From: a virus
Taxonomy: Duplodnaviria > Heunggongvirae > Uroviricota > Caudoviricetes
IMG/VR virus record: IMGVR_UViG_3300029841_000001
Coordinates: 1-64,000 of that record
Length of the DNA: 64,000 nucleotides
Reading direction: 5' to 3' (one strand)
Shown here: positions 20,248 through 29,803 of the stretch, one piece after another
How positions within the stretch are numbered: position 1 is the first letter of the stretch
How the letters are laid out: each line of letters opens with the position of its first letter
Position numbers and translations under genes: made by a program
Notes under the pieces: model-generated
The model's input: the letters and a program-made list of their open reading frames with translations, nothing else
The model's database searches: none
Told to the model about the DNA's origin: nothing

Positions 20248-20541
20248 TTATTTATCTCTTTCAGATAATGTAATTGTATCAATGTTGACTCCAAGCAATC
20301 TCTGTAATACCATTGGTGCTTCATCAATTAAAAACTTTTTACTTGAAACCAATGATCTGTCTTTAAGTAACTCTTGTACTGTCATTGGTTCAGGAATAGT
20401 TAAGCCAATTCTTGTAGCAATATCTTTAACAACTCCTACCCCGGTATAATCTGCACATACAACTGGATATTGTGTAATATGACTTCTATATGTTAAATAT
20501 GTTGTTTTACCTTTGCCTCTTTCTAAATTACAAATTTCCAT
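20248..20541 (-). CDS. Hypothetical protein with P-loop-like GKGKTT
   Basis: 97 aa, ERGKGKTTYL. Confidence 0.35.
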   Translation of the reverse strand: MEICNLERGKGKTTYLTYRSHITQYPVVCADYTGVGVVKDIATRIGLTIPEPMTVQELLKDRSLVSSKKFLIDEAPMVLQRLLGVNIDTITLSERDK

Positions 20542-20910
20542 TTAATTATTCTCCTTTTCATCATCCTCATTCACAACTTTGTCAATCTGCTCTGTAATAT
20601 AATCAACTACATCTTTACCAGTTTTACCAATCGCTTGAATGTTATCTGTGGTTACATTATCTAAAACAACCATTGTATATACTGTATCTTTTGATGGTGT
20701 CATAACCACTATTGCTACACTAATACAAAACCATATAAACGATTTTTTCAAACATTGTTTAAGAGTTTCATCTTTTTTATTATCCATATATGGAATAAAT
20801 GCAAATGCCATTATAATAAATGCAATAAATGTAACAAATAAGAATGCCATGTTAATGCTATCTGCTAGTTCTGCAAAATAAATTAACCACGGACTAATAA
20901 TCGGTTTCAT
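20542..20910 (-). CDS. Membrane protein
   Basis: Two hydrophobic helices (LIYFAELADSINMAFLFVTFIAFIIMAFAFI). Confidence 0.4.
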   Translation of the reverse strand: MKPIISPWLIYFAELADSINMAFLFVTFIAFIIMAFAFIPYMDNKKDETLKQCLKKSFIWFCISVAIVVMTPSKDTVYTMVVLDNVTTDNIQAIGKTGKDVVDYITEQIDKVVNEDDEKENN

Positions 20911-20961
20911 AATGCCTCACCTCCTACCTATTTATTCTCTAACTTAAAACGAAAGATCCAT

Positions 20962-21576
20962 CTACATTTTACATTCAATCTCCTTTAACTCATCTTGCAT
21001 CCTCTTAATCTCATTTTGTAGAAACTCAATTCTAATCTTACTCTCTTTCTTTATTCTTTCTCTTTTAGCCTTATCATTCTTATCGAAAAATTCATCTTCA
21101 AAATTCCAATATTCATGTTGAGTACCTTCCCAATCATGTTTTGATACAATCTGAACTTTTCTAACTTCTACCGTAGGATAATCCCAATCACAATCATACC
21201 CACAACATTGTTTATCTTCTCTATATCCTTTATCAGTTTTTATACATTCACAGTAACCTAAATATGATGTATCTGAATCAAATATGATTTCATAATAATA
21301 CTTCTCTTCTTCGTCAATATAAATATTTGCTTTCACTTGATCTTTATAATCGTTACTTATAACTTCTGCACAAACCAAACCCAAATATCTAAGATCTTCC
21401 GCAAAATCCGCATATTTCTCAAAATGATAATTAATATCCTGAGCTAAAGGAGCAATAAGAAATGCTGTGTTAAGTTTATCTTTAGCTTTTCTCTTATCGT
21501 TAAGTTCTTCAACCTCATTGATTAATAACTTGAAAAACTTTGTTACAATCGGTTTATAAAAATCCTCTATGTACAT
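20962..21576 (-). CDS. Hypothetical protein, coiled-coil C-terminus
   Basis: 204 aa ORF. Confidence 0.4.
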   Translation of the reverse strand: MYIEDFYKPIVTKFFKLLINEVEELNDKRKAKDKLNTAFLIAPLAQDINYHFEKYADFAEDLRYLGLVCAEVISNDYKDQVKANIYIDEEEKYYYEIIFDSDTSYLGYCECIKTDKGYREDKQCCGYDCDWDYPTVEVRKVQIVSKHDWEGTQHEYWNFEDEFFDKNDKAKRERIKKESKIRIEFLQNEIKRMQDELKEIECKM

Positions 21577-21587
21577 TTATTCTCCTT

Positions 21588-21764
21588 TCAATATCCTTTT
21601 ATCTCAAATAATTCTTCTTCATATGAGATACACTCATATTTCTTACAATTATCTATGGTGCATTGAAATTCTTTACACCAAGGACTTCCATCTCCCATAT
21701 GATCATATGGACAGTGATAATCTTTTCTACAATATTCACAATTTGTATATTTCTCACACGCCAT
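21588..21764 (-). CDS. Small cysteine-rich protein (58 aa)
   Basis: Read by hand: MACEKYTNCEYCRKDYHCPYDHMGDGSPWCKEFQCTIDNCKKYECISYEEELFEIKGY; RBS TGGAGAA upstream; below the ORF-track size cut-off. Confidence 0.4.
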   Translation of the reverse strand: MACEKYTNCEYCRKDYHCPYDHMGDGSPWCKEFQCTIDNCKKYECISYEEELFEIKGY

Positions 21765-21779
21765 TTATTTATTCTCCAT

Positions 21780-22115
21780 TTACTTTTCAAATCTATTCCA
21801 CTTTTCAAATCTATATTTTTGTTTAATATCAGGATATTTTTGATGATCCACTTCACTCATAAACATCTCATAAGGTCTTGCATAGATTTTAAACTGTCCA
21901 TACAATGCTTGATACACAACCATATATTCATCTTTCTCTGTATGCTTTGCAATACATAAGATTTTATAAAGATATTCATTTGGTGAATTTACTGTATTTG
22001 TTATTTCTCTTTTAAAATGCTGAACAATATCACCTTGATTAAAACTATTTCGATAACTCCTATCAAGCCTACCATATTGCTCAAGAAGTTCTTTCATATA
22101 ATTTTTCTTCGCCAC
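21780..22115 (-). CDS. Hypothetical protein
   Basis: 111 aa. Confidence 0.4.
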   Translation of the reverse strand: MAKKNYMKELLEQYGRLDRSYRNSFNQGDIVQHFKREITNTVNSPNEYLYKILCIAKHTEKDEYMVVYQALYGQFKIYARPYEMFMSEVDHQKYPDIKQKYRFEKWNRFEK

Positions 22116-22129
22116 TAATAATTTCTCCT

Positions 22130-22390
22130 TTATGATAATTTATTCGCAAGAACATTTAATGCTTTTACAACTTCAATATTTTCTTGAATATATTGAGGGG
22201 CTGGAACATTTTTATAATCACCATATAAACTACATTGTTCTTGATAATAGACTTGTTCATCTTCACCAATGAAATAATCATTTCTACCAAGTAATTGCAA
22301 CTTTAACTCTCTGATTACATCTAATGGATTAATCTCAACAGGTTTTTCAATTTTACCAGTTACTTTAATGTTCATATATGTATTCTCCAT
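22130..22390 (-). CDS. Hypothetical protein
   Basis: 86 aa. Confidence 0.35.
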   Translation of the reverse strand: MENTYMNIKVTGKIEKPVEINPLDVIRELKLQLLGRNDYFIGEDEQVYYQEQCSLYGDYKNVPAPQYIQENIEVVKALNVLANKLS

Positions 22391-22654
22391 TTACCAAGAA
22401 ATTTGAATTATACTATGGTCTTTTTCATATTTTACAGCAAAATCATAACCATTTCTTCTTAAAACATCTTCTAAATCTTTTGATAATGTTTTAAATGGTT
22501 CTGGTTTTGAAATTGTCCATTGAATTGCATTATCTTCTGAGTATGAAGCATGTTTTCGTATTTCCTTGTCTATTTTATCAATATAATTTTTTAATTTATT
22601 ATTATATTCTGTATTTCTTTTAATTAATTCTCTTGCTTCTTTTGCACTAATCAT
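22391..22654 (-). CDS. Hypothetical protein
   Basis: 87 aa. Confidence 0.35.
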   Translation of the reverse strand: MISAKEARELIKRNTEYNNKLKNYIDKIDKEIRKHASYSEDNAIQWTISKPEPFKTLSKDLEDVLRRNGYDFAVKYEKDHSIIQISW

Positions 22655-22659
22655 AATTC

Positions 22660-23019
22660 TTATTCTCCTAACATTTTCTTTACATCAAGTACGTCAATCT
22701 TCTGGTAATGATACTCATATGGTGATTCAATATAATCTTTATTTAATTTATCAGTAACATCATTGACGCAATATGCGGCACATCTACTACCATATCCATT
22801 GCTACTAAAATAGATTTCCGCTTTATCACACGTTTCTTCACCAATTTTAAAATTGCTTTTTCTACACTCAAGACATTTATTTACTTTTTTACATCTTTCA
22901 TTGAGCTTATCTACCAGGAATTTTGCGGAAGATTCATCCCAAGTGATTCCGTCTATTACTTCTCCATAAGAATGTGTGATTAGATATGCTCCATCTACTT
23001 CACTTTTGATCATTTTCAA
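22660..23019 (-). CDS. Cys-rich hypothetical protein
   Basis: 119 aa, CKKVNKCLECRK. Confidence 0.35.
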   Translation of the reverse strand: MKMIKSEVDGAYLITHSYGEVIDGITWDESSAKFLVDKLNERCKKVNKCLECRKSNFKIGEETCDKAEIYFSSNGYGSRCAAYCVNDVTDKLNKDYIESPYEYHYQKIDVLDVKKMLGE

Positions 23020-23210
23020 CCTCCAATGATTGCTTTAGCTAATTTATCCCAATCAGATTCATAATCTTCTTTAGATAATTCTCTCAGCACATCTTCTGTT
23101 GACAAATCAATAATATCTGATTCTTTCGCAGCTTCGATTGCTGTTTTGCCTTTAATAATCAATTCTACAAATTTTGCAATTTTAACATCTTTCATAGCAT
23201 CATTCTCCAA
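23016..23210 (-). CDS. Hypothetical protein
   Basis: 64 aa. Confidence 0.3.
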   Translation of the reverse strand: MENDAMKDVKIAKFVELIIKGKTAIEAAKESDIIDLSTEDVLRELSKEDYESDWDKLAKAIIGG

Positions 23211-23703
23211 ATAGTTCTCTTAATTTATCAAAGTCATAATCAAACATATTATGCTCATTGCAAACTCTACATAAATATACAGGTATTTCATAATATGTAG
23301 AATCTTCATCCCTATGAGAACATAACTGACAAGAATCTTTAATAAGATATCTTAATTCAGGCGTTGGATATTTCTTTAATAACCTGTACAACTCTTCTAA
23401 TTCTGTATTTCTCTCTTTAATCTTTTTCTCAATCACTCGATCACGTTGTTTTTTGCTATATTTGTATAACTGTTGAATCTGATATTTTTCTGCTTCTTCC
23501 TTTGTAAAGAAAATACTCTCACCTAATTCAGACACTCTATAATTCTCTGGAAGACACATCATCCATTTGTGTTGCTTTCCATATTGAATTCTACGAATTG
23601 CGTAATTTTTAATCCCTTGCCGTGGGAGTATTAAAAACACTTCTCTACCAATTAATTCTTCCATATTAGAAATTCCGTTTTTCGATAAGTAATCACTTAA
23701 CAT
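23200..23703 (-). CDS. Hypothetical protein with C-terminal CxxC pair
   Basis: 167 aa. Confidence 0.35.
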   Translation of the reverse strand: MLSDYLSKNGISNMEELIGREVFLILPRQGIKNYAIRRIQYGKQHKWMMCLPENYRVSELGESIFFTKEEAEKYQIQQLYKYSKKQRDRVIEKKIKERNTELEELYRLLKKYPTPELRYLIKDSCQLCSHRDEDSTYYEIPVYLCRVCNEHNMFDYDFDKLRELFGE

Positions 23704-23901
23704 TTAGTTCTCCTTATGATATTCTTTATCTAGCCAATGAATACAATTTTCAATCGCAGCATCTTTATTACTAAATGTATATCCACTAGGACTACACCAA
23801 ACTTCTGATTTATTGATCATAGTTTTATGCACTAAATATGGCGCAATTTCTTCAAGTGACATTACTCTAAGTCTATCTATATTTCTCATAATCCACCTCA
23901 C
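23704..23901 (-). CDS. Hypothetical protein
   Basis: 65 aa. Confidence 0.3.
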   Translation of the reverse strand: MRWIMRNIDRLRVMSLEEIAPYLVHKTMINKSEVWCSPSGYTFSNKDAAIENCIHWLDKEYHKEN

Positions 23902-24686
23902 ATATTAGTTTCTATACCATGCCATTTCTTGTGCTTTGTACAGTCTCGCAATTCGAGATTACCAAAATGGATTCTTACTTCTACATTCTCTATATTATCC
24001 TGTGCTAATATCCAATCACGATACTGTTTTACTTCACTATCCGTCAAATTATAAATGTTCTTATAATAACTTAACACCTTATCTATCTGCTCAACAGACC
24101 AATCATAATCAGATAAGGCAGCTTGACGTTTATATTCCGCAATATGTTCATCTACTTCTTTCTGTGCTTCATCATATGAACGATATACTTTTGAGCAGGT
24201 TACAGTAGTATAATTAGGTGTTCTATTGATCCCCCAATCTTGCGAATATCCCTTATGTATTCTCCAACCATCTTTTGTGATTTCTGATTCAATAGATCCA
24301 TGAAAGATTTTCGCACGTTTCACTAAGAATCCTTTATCATATGCTTCTTTTAATGTTTCTGGTTTGTTAATGTCTAATTTGAAATTAATCTCTTCATCTG
24401 TTAATGGATCTTGTTTAATCTCAAATAACTTTGTATCATAACTCCAATTCTTAGGAAGTTTGTGAAATCTCTGTTCAGTGTTAAATTCATCAATCGGAAC
24501 ACCTTTTACATAGTCAGAATAAATTCTTCTACGTTCTCTTGGTGCAAGATAGTCAATATAAACATCAAATTTATACTGTTCATCTACCATCCCATAGTGG
24601 ACTGAATATTCATGTCCACATTGGTGACACCAAAATACAATTTCACCGCTTTCAAATCTCTTATTCTTTGGCGGTACATTTGCCAT
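23898..24686 (-). CDS. Hypothetical protein with N-terminal zinc ribbon
   Basis: 262 aa, CHQCGHE; strong RBS AAGGAGAACAGTC-ATG. Confidence 0.4.
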   Translation of the reverse strand: MANVPPKNKRFESGEIVFWCHQCGHEYSVHYGMVDEQYKFDVYIDYLAPRERRRIYSDYVKGVPIDEFNTEQRFHKLPKNWSYDTKLFEIKQDPLTDEEINFKLDINKPETLKEAYDKGFLVKRAKIFHGSIESEITKDGWRIHKGYSQDWGINRTPNYTTVTCSKVYRSYDEAQKEVDEHIAEYKRQAALSDYDWSVEQIDKVLSYYKNIYNLTDSEVKQYRDWILAQDNIENVEVRIHFGNLELRDCTKHKKWHGIETNM

Positions 24687-24715
24687 GACTGTTCTCCTTT
24701 CAATATTTATTAGAA

Positions 24716-24782
24716 TGTGTAGGTAGGGAATCGAACCCTACCATTCTATATTTCTCTATATAGAATCACACCATGTCTACAC
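24716..24782 (-). ncRNA. tRNA-like element; T-arm and acceptor stem present, D-arm truncated, 8-nt anticodon loop
   Basis: Minus-strand reading: GTGTAGA-CA-TGGTGTGATT-CTATA-TAGAGAAA-TATAG-AATGG-TAGGG-TTCGATT-CCCTA-CCTACAC-A. It has a canonical GGTTCGATTCC T-arm and a 6/7 acceptor pairing, but is only 67 nt and has no proper D-arm. It is intergenic. Confidence 0.35.
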
Positions 24783-24785
24783 TAT

Positions 24786-25715
24786 TTACTTCTTTGTTGC
24801 ATCAACAACTGTACTATTTGTACCTTTTACAGTTACCCAACCATGTTTAAGTCTTGCTTCTGCTTCTTTCATCTTAATGAGATCTTCTGTAATAGATGCA
24901 CTAAGTTCTTTATTAGCTTCTGCTTGCGCTTTTGCCTTCGTTCTAGTATTCTCCGCATCGGCTTCTGTTTTGATTTTTGCCTTTTCTGCATCAGCTTGAG
25001 CCTTTGTAATTTCAATCTGAGCATCAGCTTCTGCTTGTAGCTGCTCAGTCTGTTTCTGTACCTTTACTTTCTCCTGTTCAGCTTGAGCTTGCTGTTTCTC
25101 CTGTAGTGCTGTAACACGATTGTCAATAGCTTGTTTTAGCTTTTTATCTGGATGTACATCAACGATAGAAGCATCAAGGACTTCAATTCCGTATTTCTTA
25201 TGGAAATCTTTATTAAGATATTCCGTGATTGCATTATTCAGTTTAGATCTGTTTCCAGAATAAATATCCATCATAGAATAATCTGTTGTCACTTCTGAGA
25301 TTTTAGATTTCAGAACAGTCTTAACACGATTTTCTACAATATCATTTCCATCCATACCTTTAAATTTCTTATATGTATCAATAACTGTTTCAGGATCGTA
25401 ACGATAACTCATCTGGAATGAAACTGCGATGCTAGCATCATCAGATGTTGCCACTTTAAAAGAATCATCTTCTTTACTACCTTCTCTTTTATCTTTCGTA
25501 AGAACAAGAATCTCATTACTTGTAGAAAATTCTTTGGATTTATTCATAGGTGCAATAAAATGTGCGCCTGGTGGAAGTACCGTATCTTGTACTCCATCTT
25601 TGTAATTGTAAACAATACCAACTTTACCAGTTCCAATAAACTTAATATGAGATACTGTAAAAACTCCACCAATAACCGCTGCTGCGATAACAATTCCTGC
25701 AATAAGTTGTTTCAT
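24786..25715 (-). CDS. SPFH/band-7 domain membrane protein
   Basis: N-terminal TM helix, SPFH-like core, long Ala/Gln/Lys/Glu-rich coiled coil (QAQAEQEKVKVQKQTEQLQAEADAQ). Confidence 0.55.
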   Translation of the reverse strand: MKQLIAGIVIAAAVIGGVFTVSHIKFIGTGKVGIVYNYKDGVQDTVLPPGAHFIAPMNKSKEFSTSNEILVLTKDKREGSKEDDSFKVATSDDASIAVSFQMSYRYDPETVIDTYKKFKGMDGNDIVENRVKTVLKSKISEVTTDYSMMDIYSGNRSKLNNAITEYLNKDFHKKYGIEVLDASIVDVHPDKKLKQAIDNRVTALQEKQQAQAEQEKVKVQKQTEQLQAEADAQIEITKAQADAEKAKIKTEADAENTRTKAKAQAEANKELSASITEDLIKMKEAEARLKHGWVTVKGTNSTVVDATKK

Positions 25716-25718
25716 AAA

Positions 25719-25913
25719 TTAATCCTCTTTCTTAATATTATTTTTAATTTTTGTATAAACTTCTTTTTCGATATTAAATTTTTCATCATCTCTGTGCATT
25801 TCAGACTCCATTTTGTGAATAACCCACCATGCAATTAATGATATGATTAGTGCTACAAGAGCAAAAGCACATGCACTAAGCAAAAATATAACCCACATGT
25901 ATATCATCACCAC
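25719..25913 (-). CDS. Small membrane protein (possible SPFH partner)
   Basis: Single TM helix followed by a charged tail; immediately upstream of the SPFH gene. Confidence 0.35.
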   Translation of the reverse strand: MVMIYMWVIFLLSACAFALVALIISLIAWWVIHKMESEMHRDDEKFNIEKEVYTKIKNNIKKED

Positions 25914-25952
25914 CTTTCTAATATTTATTTCTCCATGAAATCAGAGTTTTAA

Positions 25953-26177
25953 TTAGTCCCATAATCCATCAATTTTTACTGTCCTATGATTGATCCATCT
26001 ATATCTGATTTCACTACCATATCCGCACGATTCATCACAATTATTATTTGTACATATTGGTAAAAGTTCTGTTACTTCTGGTTCATCCATATATGAAAAT
26101 TCATAACATAATAAACCCATCTCTAATTTAGAACCACATCTAGGACATTTACCTTTGATTTTAATTTTCTTACTCAT
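25953..26177 (-). CDS. Zinc-ribbon protein
   Basis: CPRCGSK...CTNNNC; 74 aa. Confidence 0.35.
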   Translation of the reverse strand: MSKKIKIKGKCPRCGSKLEMGLLCYEFSYMDEPEVTELLPICTNNNCDESCGYGSEIRYRWINHRTVKIDGLWD

Positions 26178-26294
26178 GCATAATCCTCATCTTCAAGAAC
26201 TGATCCGCAATTTTCACATTTTTATTTTTACTTTTTCTATCATTGGTTTAGTTTGCTCTGGTAATTGATGCGGATTTTGAATTACTTTCATATT

Positions 26295-26891
26295 CTATTC
26301 TTTTCCTATATAAATCCATTCTAATTTCTTGCGAATATCTATATCATCAATTGGAAAATAAATCACACATGGATATTTGTCTGGTATATTAGTAAATTCT
26401 CCACCACGCTCATGATATTCTCTAATTGTTTCTAATACTTTTCCTGTATTATCATTTGCATTTGGAGTGAATCCAAAATATTCTTCAAGAGATTCAGGAC
26501 AATCAAAATATTTTTCAACCATTTCCATAAAGTCAACCATTTCATTTATATCGTGAATAATATTGAGACATTCAATAGGATCATACGCATCACAATTTGC
26601 AACAGAATTTGCGAAAAGTTTAATAGATGAATTTTCAAGACGTGTTCTTAAAAGACAACGATCATGACAAGCACGATCTTCTGGTTCACAATGTTTACAT
26701 CTATAGCAATTATGTTCAAGTTCATTATGATTATGTACGCCTGTATTTACAAAATGAACAGAATTGTTAGTATCACCAGGTATACATCTATGTGCTAGCC
26801 TAAACGTACCATCGTCATTTCTGATTATATCTTTATACTTATTCAATAGAAAATTTATATTATCTTGTTCTACTGTATTCGTACCATACAT
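26295..26891 (-). CDS. Cys/His-rich hypothetical protein
   Basis: 198 aa, HNCYRCKHCEPEDRACHDRC. Confidence 0.35.
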   Translation of the reverse strand: MYGTNTVEQDNINFLLNKYKDIIRNDDGTFRLAHRCIPGDTNNSVHFVNTGVHNHNELEHNCYRCKHCEPEDRACHDRCLLRTRLENSSIKLFANSVANCDAYDPIECLNIIHDINEMVDFMEMVEKYFDCPESLEEYFGFTPNANDNTGKVLETIREYHERGGEFTNIPDKYPCVIYFPIDDIDIRKKLEWIYIGKE

Positions 26892-26917
26892 AACATCTCC
26901 TCCATGAAATGAAAATT

Positions 26918-27829
26918 TTAATGCATTTCCTTATCGGCTTTATGTAATCTCATTACATTATTATAAAGTTTATCTCCAAGCAATTTTTGATATTTATGTT
27001 TTGTTTTATCTCCGTATTCTTTATCTTTTTCCCAGAAATGAGGTTGCATATGTAAATTAATAATAATAGAAACATCCAATCTATTTACACTTTGTGGATA
27101 ATCAAAGAACAAACTATCATATGAACCTGTACAATGATGCTGATAATAATGTGCTATATCTGTTATTTCTCCTTTTGAGTTAACAAAGCTTTTAACAAAT
27201 GGTTTACCGCAATCATGAAGCGATCCCGCATAGTATAGTAAAGAATTATCTTTTAATTCCTCTCCAACTAATTTGCAATGTTGTCCAAGTGTATATACAT
27301 GATGTGGATTATCCTGGTTAAATTCCATATGTTTATCAATCCAATTTTCAACAGTATCCACAATTTTATAATTTTGCGGGAACACGATCCTAATATCATC
27401 CCATCCTTCAAACCAATATGGAGTATTCCAATTTTTATACATTCTATCAATTACTTCATATGGAACAATTCTACTTCTTGACTCATTCTGTTTATAGCAC
27501 ATATGAAACGGAGTAGCCATTATTATACATTTTTTAATACATGGAATATTTTTAAGTTCAGACAAAAACGCCCTACGTCTTTTAGATTTAATATTTGTTG
27601 CGTCATAAATTGTATTCTTACCATTTTTTAAATTATTTTTAATTCTTTTGTGCAATACACGAAATACTTCTTCGTTTTGATTTTGTATATTTTCATTACC
27701 AAATAATTCTTCTCTAATAGCATCTGAATTACAAATTATTGCATTAATGTCATCCGATAATTGTTTTGCATAAGTGGACTTGCCTGACCCAACAAGACCA
27801 ACCATCATAATAAAAATAGGTTTATTCAT
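26918..27829 (-). CDS. Polynucleotide kinase-HD phosphohydrolase (Pnk-HD-type end-healing enzyme)
   Basis: N-terminal P-loop kinase (MVGLVGSGKSTYAKQ, downstream D and R as in polynucleotide 5'-kinases). C-terminal HD domain (H..H...LHDCGKP...H). Adjacent to the RNA ligase. Confidence 0.6.
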   Translation of the reverse strand: MNKPIFIMMVGLVGSGKSTYAKQLSDDINAIICNSDAIREELFGNENIQNQNEEVFRVLHKRIKNNLKNGKNTIYDATNIKSKRRRAFLSELKNIPCIKKCIIMATPFHMCYKQNESRSRIVPYEVIDRMYKNWNTPYWFEGWDDIRIVFPQNYKIVDTVENWIDKHMEFNQDNPHHVYTLGQHCKLVGEELKDNSLLYYAGSLHDCGKPFVKSFVNSKGEITDIAHYYQHHCTGSYDSLFFDYPQSVNRLDVSIIINLHMQPHFWEKDKEYGDKTKHKYQKLLGDKLYNNVMRLHKADKEMH

Positions 27830-29144
27830 TTACAGTTTCCTCATATAATTCTTCTGCTTCTTCAATATCGGGAGTATCTGATGTATCTTTTGCAATACCT
27901 TCAACAACTTTAAATTCAAAAACTTTATCTTTAAAAGCAGTAAATGTTTCCCTATTATCAATACGGACGACTACTCCTTCTGCGATATGTGTCTTTCCAA
28001 TCTCATCCACTGGCATCCCGTCAAGATATTTATTTACTCTCATTTTTAAATCTTCTGGGGTTGTATAAATAAATTTCTCTAAATCTGGTACATGTTTAAC
28101 GCCTAATTTGTCACACCATATTTTAGTTACTTCCCAAGGGACTTCAACAACTGTTCCATCTGCGGTAGTCATAGTCATTCTATACACATACATTTCTGAT
28201 TCACCAGGTTTACATCCATATGAAAATATAGTAGTGTCACCGAATTTCTTTATAAATGCTTTATCTTTTACACTTTTATTTGAAACGGAACTCATAATAG
28301 GAGTAGACTCATTTACATATCCAACAATCTCATAAAAGATTTCACATCCTTCTGGTAATTTATCTTTTAAAATATCATGATATTTTCTTCTGAATCCATT
28401 GTCTGAATAATATCCATCATTCTTTGCCATATCTTTTAATACAACTCTTCTACTTCCAGATACAACGGAAACTTCTCTAATTGTCTTTGGACACATTCGA
28501 AATAATCTTCTTAGTAAATTATTTTTCTTGGTTACTTTTACAGTTTTCATTGTACGTGCAGATGTTCCATGCATTTTTCTTGTAATATAAATTGTATCTC
28601 CTGGTTTAAACGCAGATATATTATATGCAAGCTGTGCAGTATCCTTATGCTCTTCAAAAAATGGATACGATATAGATTCTTGTTTATATTTATTTTTCTT
28701 ATTTTTTGAATTAGGTATATTTGAATTTGAACGTCTTTTACTTCTTGGAATATATTTCTTACAAATCTCATGTCCTCCAAGAATTGTAATTTGATCACCA
28801 TCTTTTAATTTTGAAATATCAGTATATTTAGAAAGTGTTTCAACTGGTAAAACAAGTCCTTCTGATTTCTCGCCACGGAGTCTTATAGCGGTAACATTTC
28901 TTTTTTCTGCGTCCATATAACCGCCGATGTTATTACCATTTTCATCTTTCTTTCGCACAAGATTATTATCTATAGCAAATTCAATAGAAAGCTGTCCATC
29001 GGAAGGAAAGAATATTACTTTTTGTCCTTCTTTATAGCTTAAATCTACAATTACATTTTGACCAAATACTTCCGCACACTGTAATCTATCAGCATTACTA
29101 TGTTTCCTTAGACCTTTTAGCGTTGTTATATATGCACAATACAT
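27822..29144 (-). CDS. ATP-dependent RNA ligase (Rnl2/DraRnl-like)
   Basis: Adenylyltransferase motif I RKMHGTS (T4 Rnl2 KIHGTN); N-terminal extension upstream of the nucleotidyltransferase domain; 440 aa. Confidence 0.55.
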   Translation of the reverse strand: MYCAYITTLKGLRKHSNADRLQCAEVFGQNVIVDLSYKEGQKVIFFPSDGQLSIEFAIDNNLVRKKDENGNNIGGYMDAEKRNVTAIRLRGEKSEGLVLPVETLSKYTDISKLKDGDQITILGGHEICKKYIPRSKRRSNSNIPNSKNKKNKYKQESISYPFFEEHKDTAQLAYNISAFKPGDTIYITRKMHGTSARTMKTVKVTKKNNLLRRLFRMCPKTIREVSVVSGSRRVVLKDMAKNDGYYSDNGFRRKYHDILKDKLPEGCEIFYEIVGYVNESTPIMSSVSNKSVKDKAFIKKFGDTTIFSYGCKPGESEMYVYRMTMTTADGTVVEVPWEVTKIWCDKLGVKHVPDLEKFIYTTPEDLKMRVNKYLDGMPVDEIGKTHIAEGVVVRIDNRETFTAFKDKVFEFKVVEGIAKDTSDTPDIEEAEELYEETVNE

Positions 29145-29425
29145 CTATTTAACCTCCTTTTTATGAAAGGGAACTTTCATCTGTTCTAAATTTCTCCCTT
29201 TGCTCCACAATTATCCGCAATAGTCCAGTCGTCACACGCCATGTTCTCGATTGTATATGTAATGTCTTCTGAATCCCTAATGTTAATAACTCTACCATCA
29301 TGACAGTGCATCATAACTTCATTACCATCCAATTCCCACCATCCTGTCCAATGTTTTCTCTTGATCTTATGTCCTCTTTTAAGTTAAAATAGTGCGCTTG
29401 CGAAATTCATAATTTACATCCCCCT

Positions 29426-29692
29426 TTATTCATTTACTATTTCAAACATATCCTTAAATTCTTCATCTGTATAACTTTTCAACGTTGCTTCGTCCCAATC
29501 GAAAACATACCAATTATTGTAAAAATAATATTTCTCCACTTCAAAACGTTTAACAAGACAATATTTATCATTATCATCTTGGATAAAGACATATTTACTA
29601 TCAAGATAAGGTTCAACTATTCTTAAAAATTCTTTTAAATTTTCCTTTGTTAATTTTATGCATTCATATTGTTTCTTACTTACACATCTCAT
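29426..29692 (-). CDS. Hypothetical protein
   Basis: 88 aa. Confidence 0.35.
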   Translation of the reverse strand: MRCVSKKQYECIKLTKENLKEFLRIVEPYLDSKYVFIQDDNDKYCLVKRFEVEKYYFYNNWYVFDWDEATLKSYTDEEFKDMFEIVNE

Positions 29693-29803
29693 TGTTGTAC
29701 CCTTCTTTCCACTTCATCTGTTTACAGAATTCTCTATATCTTCTTGTATACTCATAAGATTCTCCAAATATATTATTTACTGTCTTGAAAGAAATATTTT
29801 ATG

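Noticed and set aside
24716-24782. Interpreting the tRNA-like element as a phage attP (tRNA 3' half) integration site
   Set aside because: No integrase or recombinase gene is present anywhere in the window, the gene content is that of a virulent phage, and the element also carries a 5' acceptor strand. It is kept only as a tRNA-like element.
26180-26294. Possible tiny ORFs in short gaps (26180-26294, 29150-29420, 46256-46548, 47695-47800, 51850-51957)
   Set aside because: The reading frames are under ~50 codons, and some lack a clear ATG or RBS (for example the 29200-29335 frame has no ATG before an MMHCHD motif). They are noted but not called as features, except where Cys motifs and an RBS were both present.
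26918-27829. HD domain of the Pnk-HD protein as the DatZ dATPase partner of the PurZ-like enzyme
   Set aside because: The HD domain is fused to an N-terminal P-loop polynucleotide kinase and sits beside an RNA ligase. That matches Pnk-HD RNA end-healing enzymes rather than the stand-alone ~170-aa DatZ.
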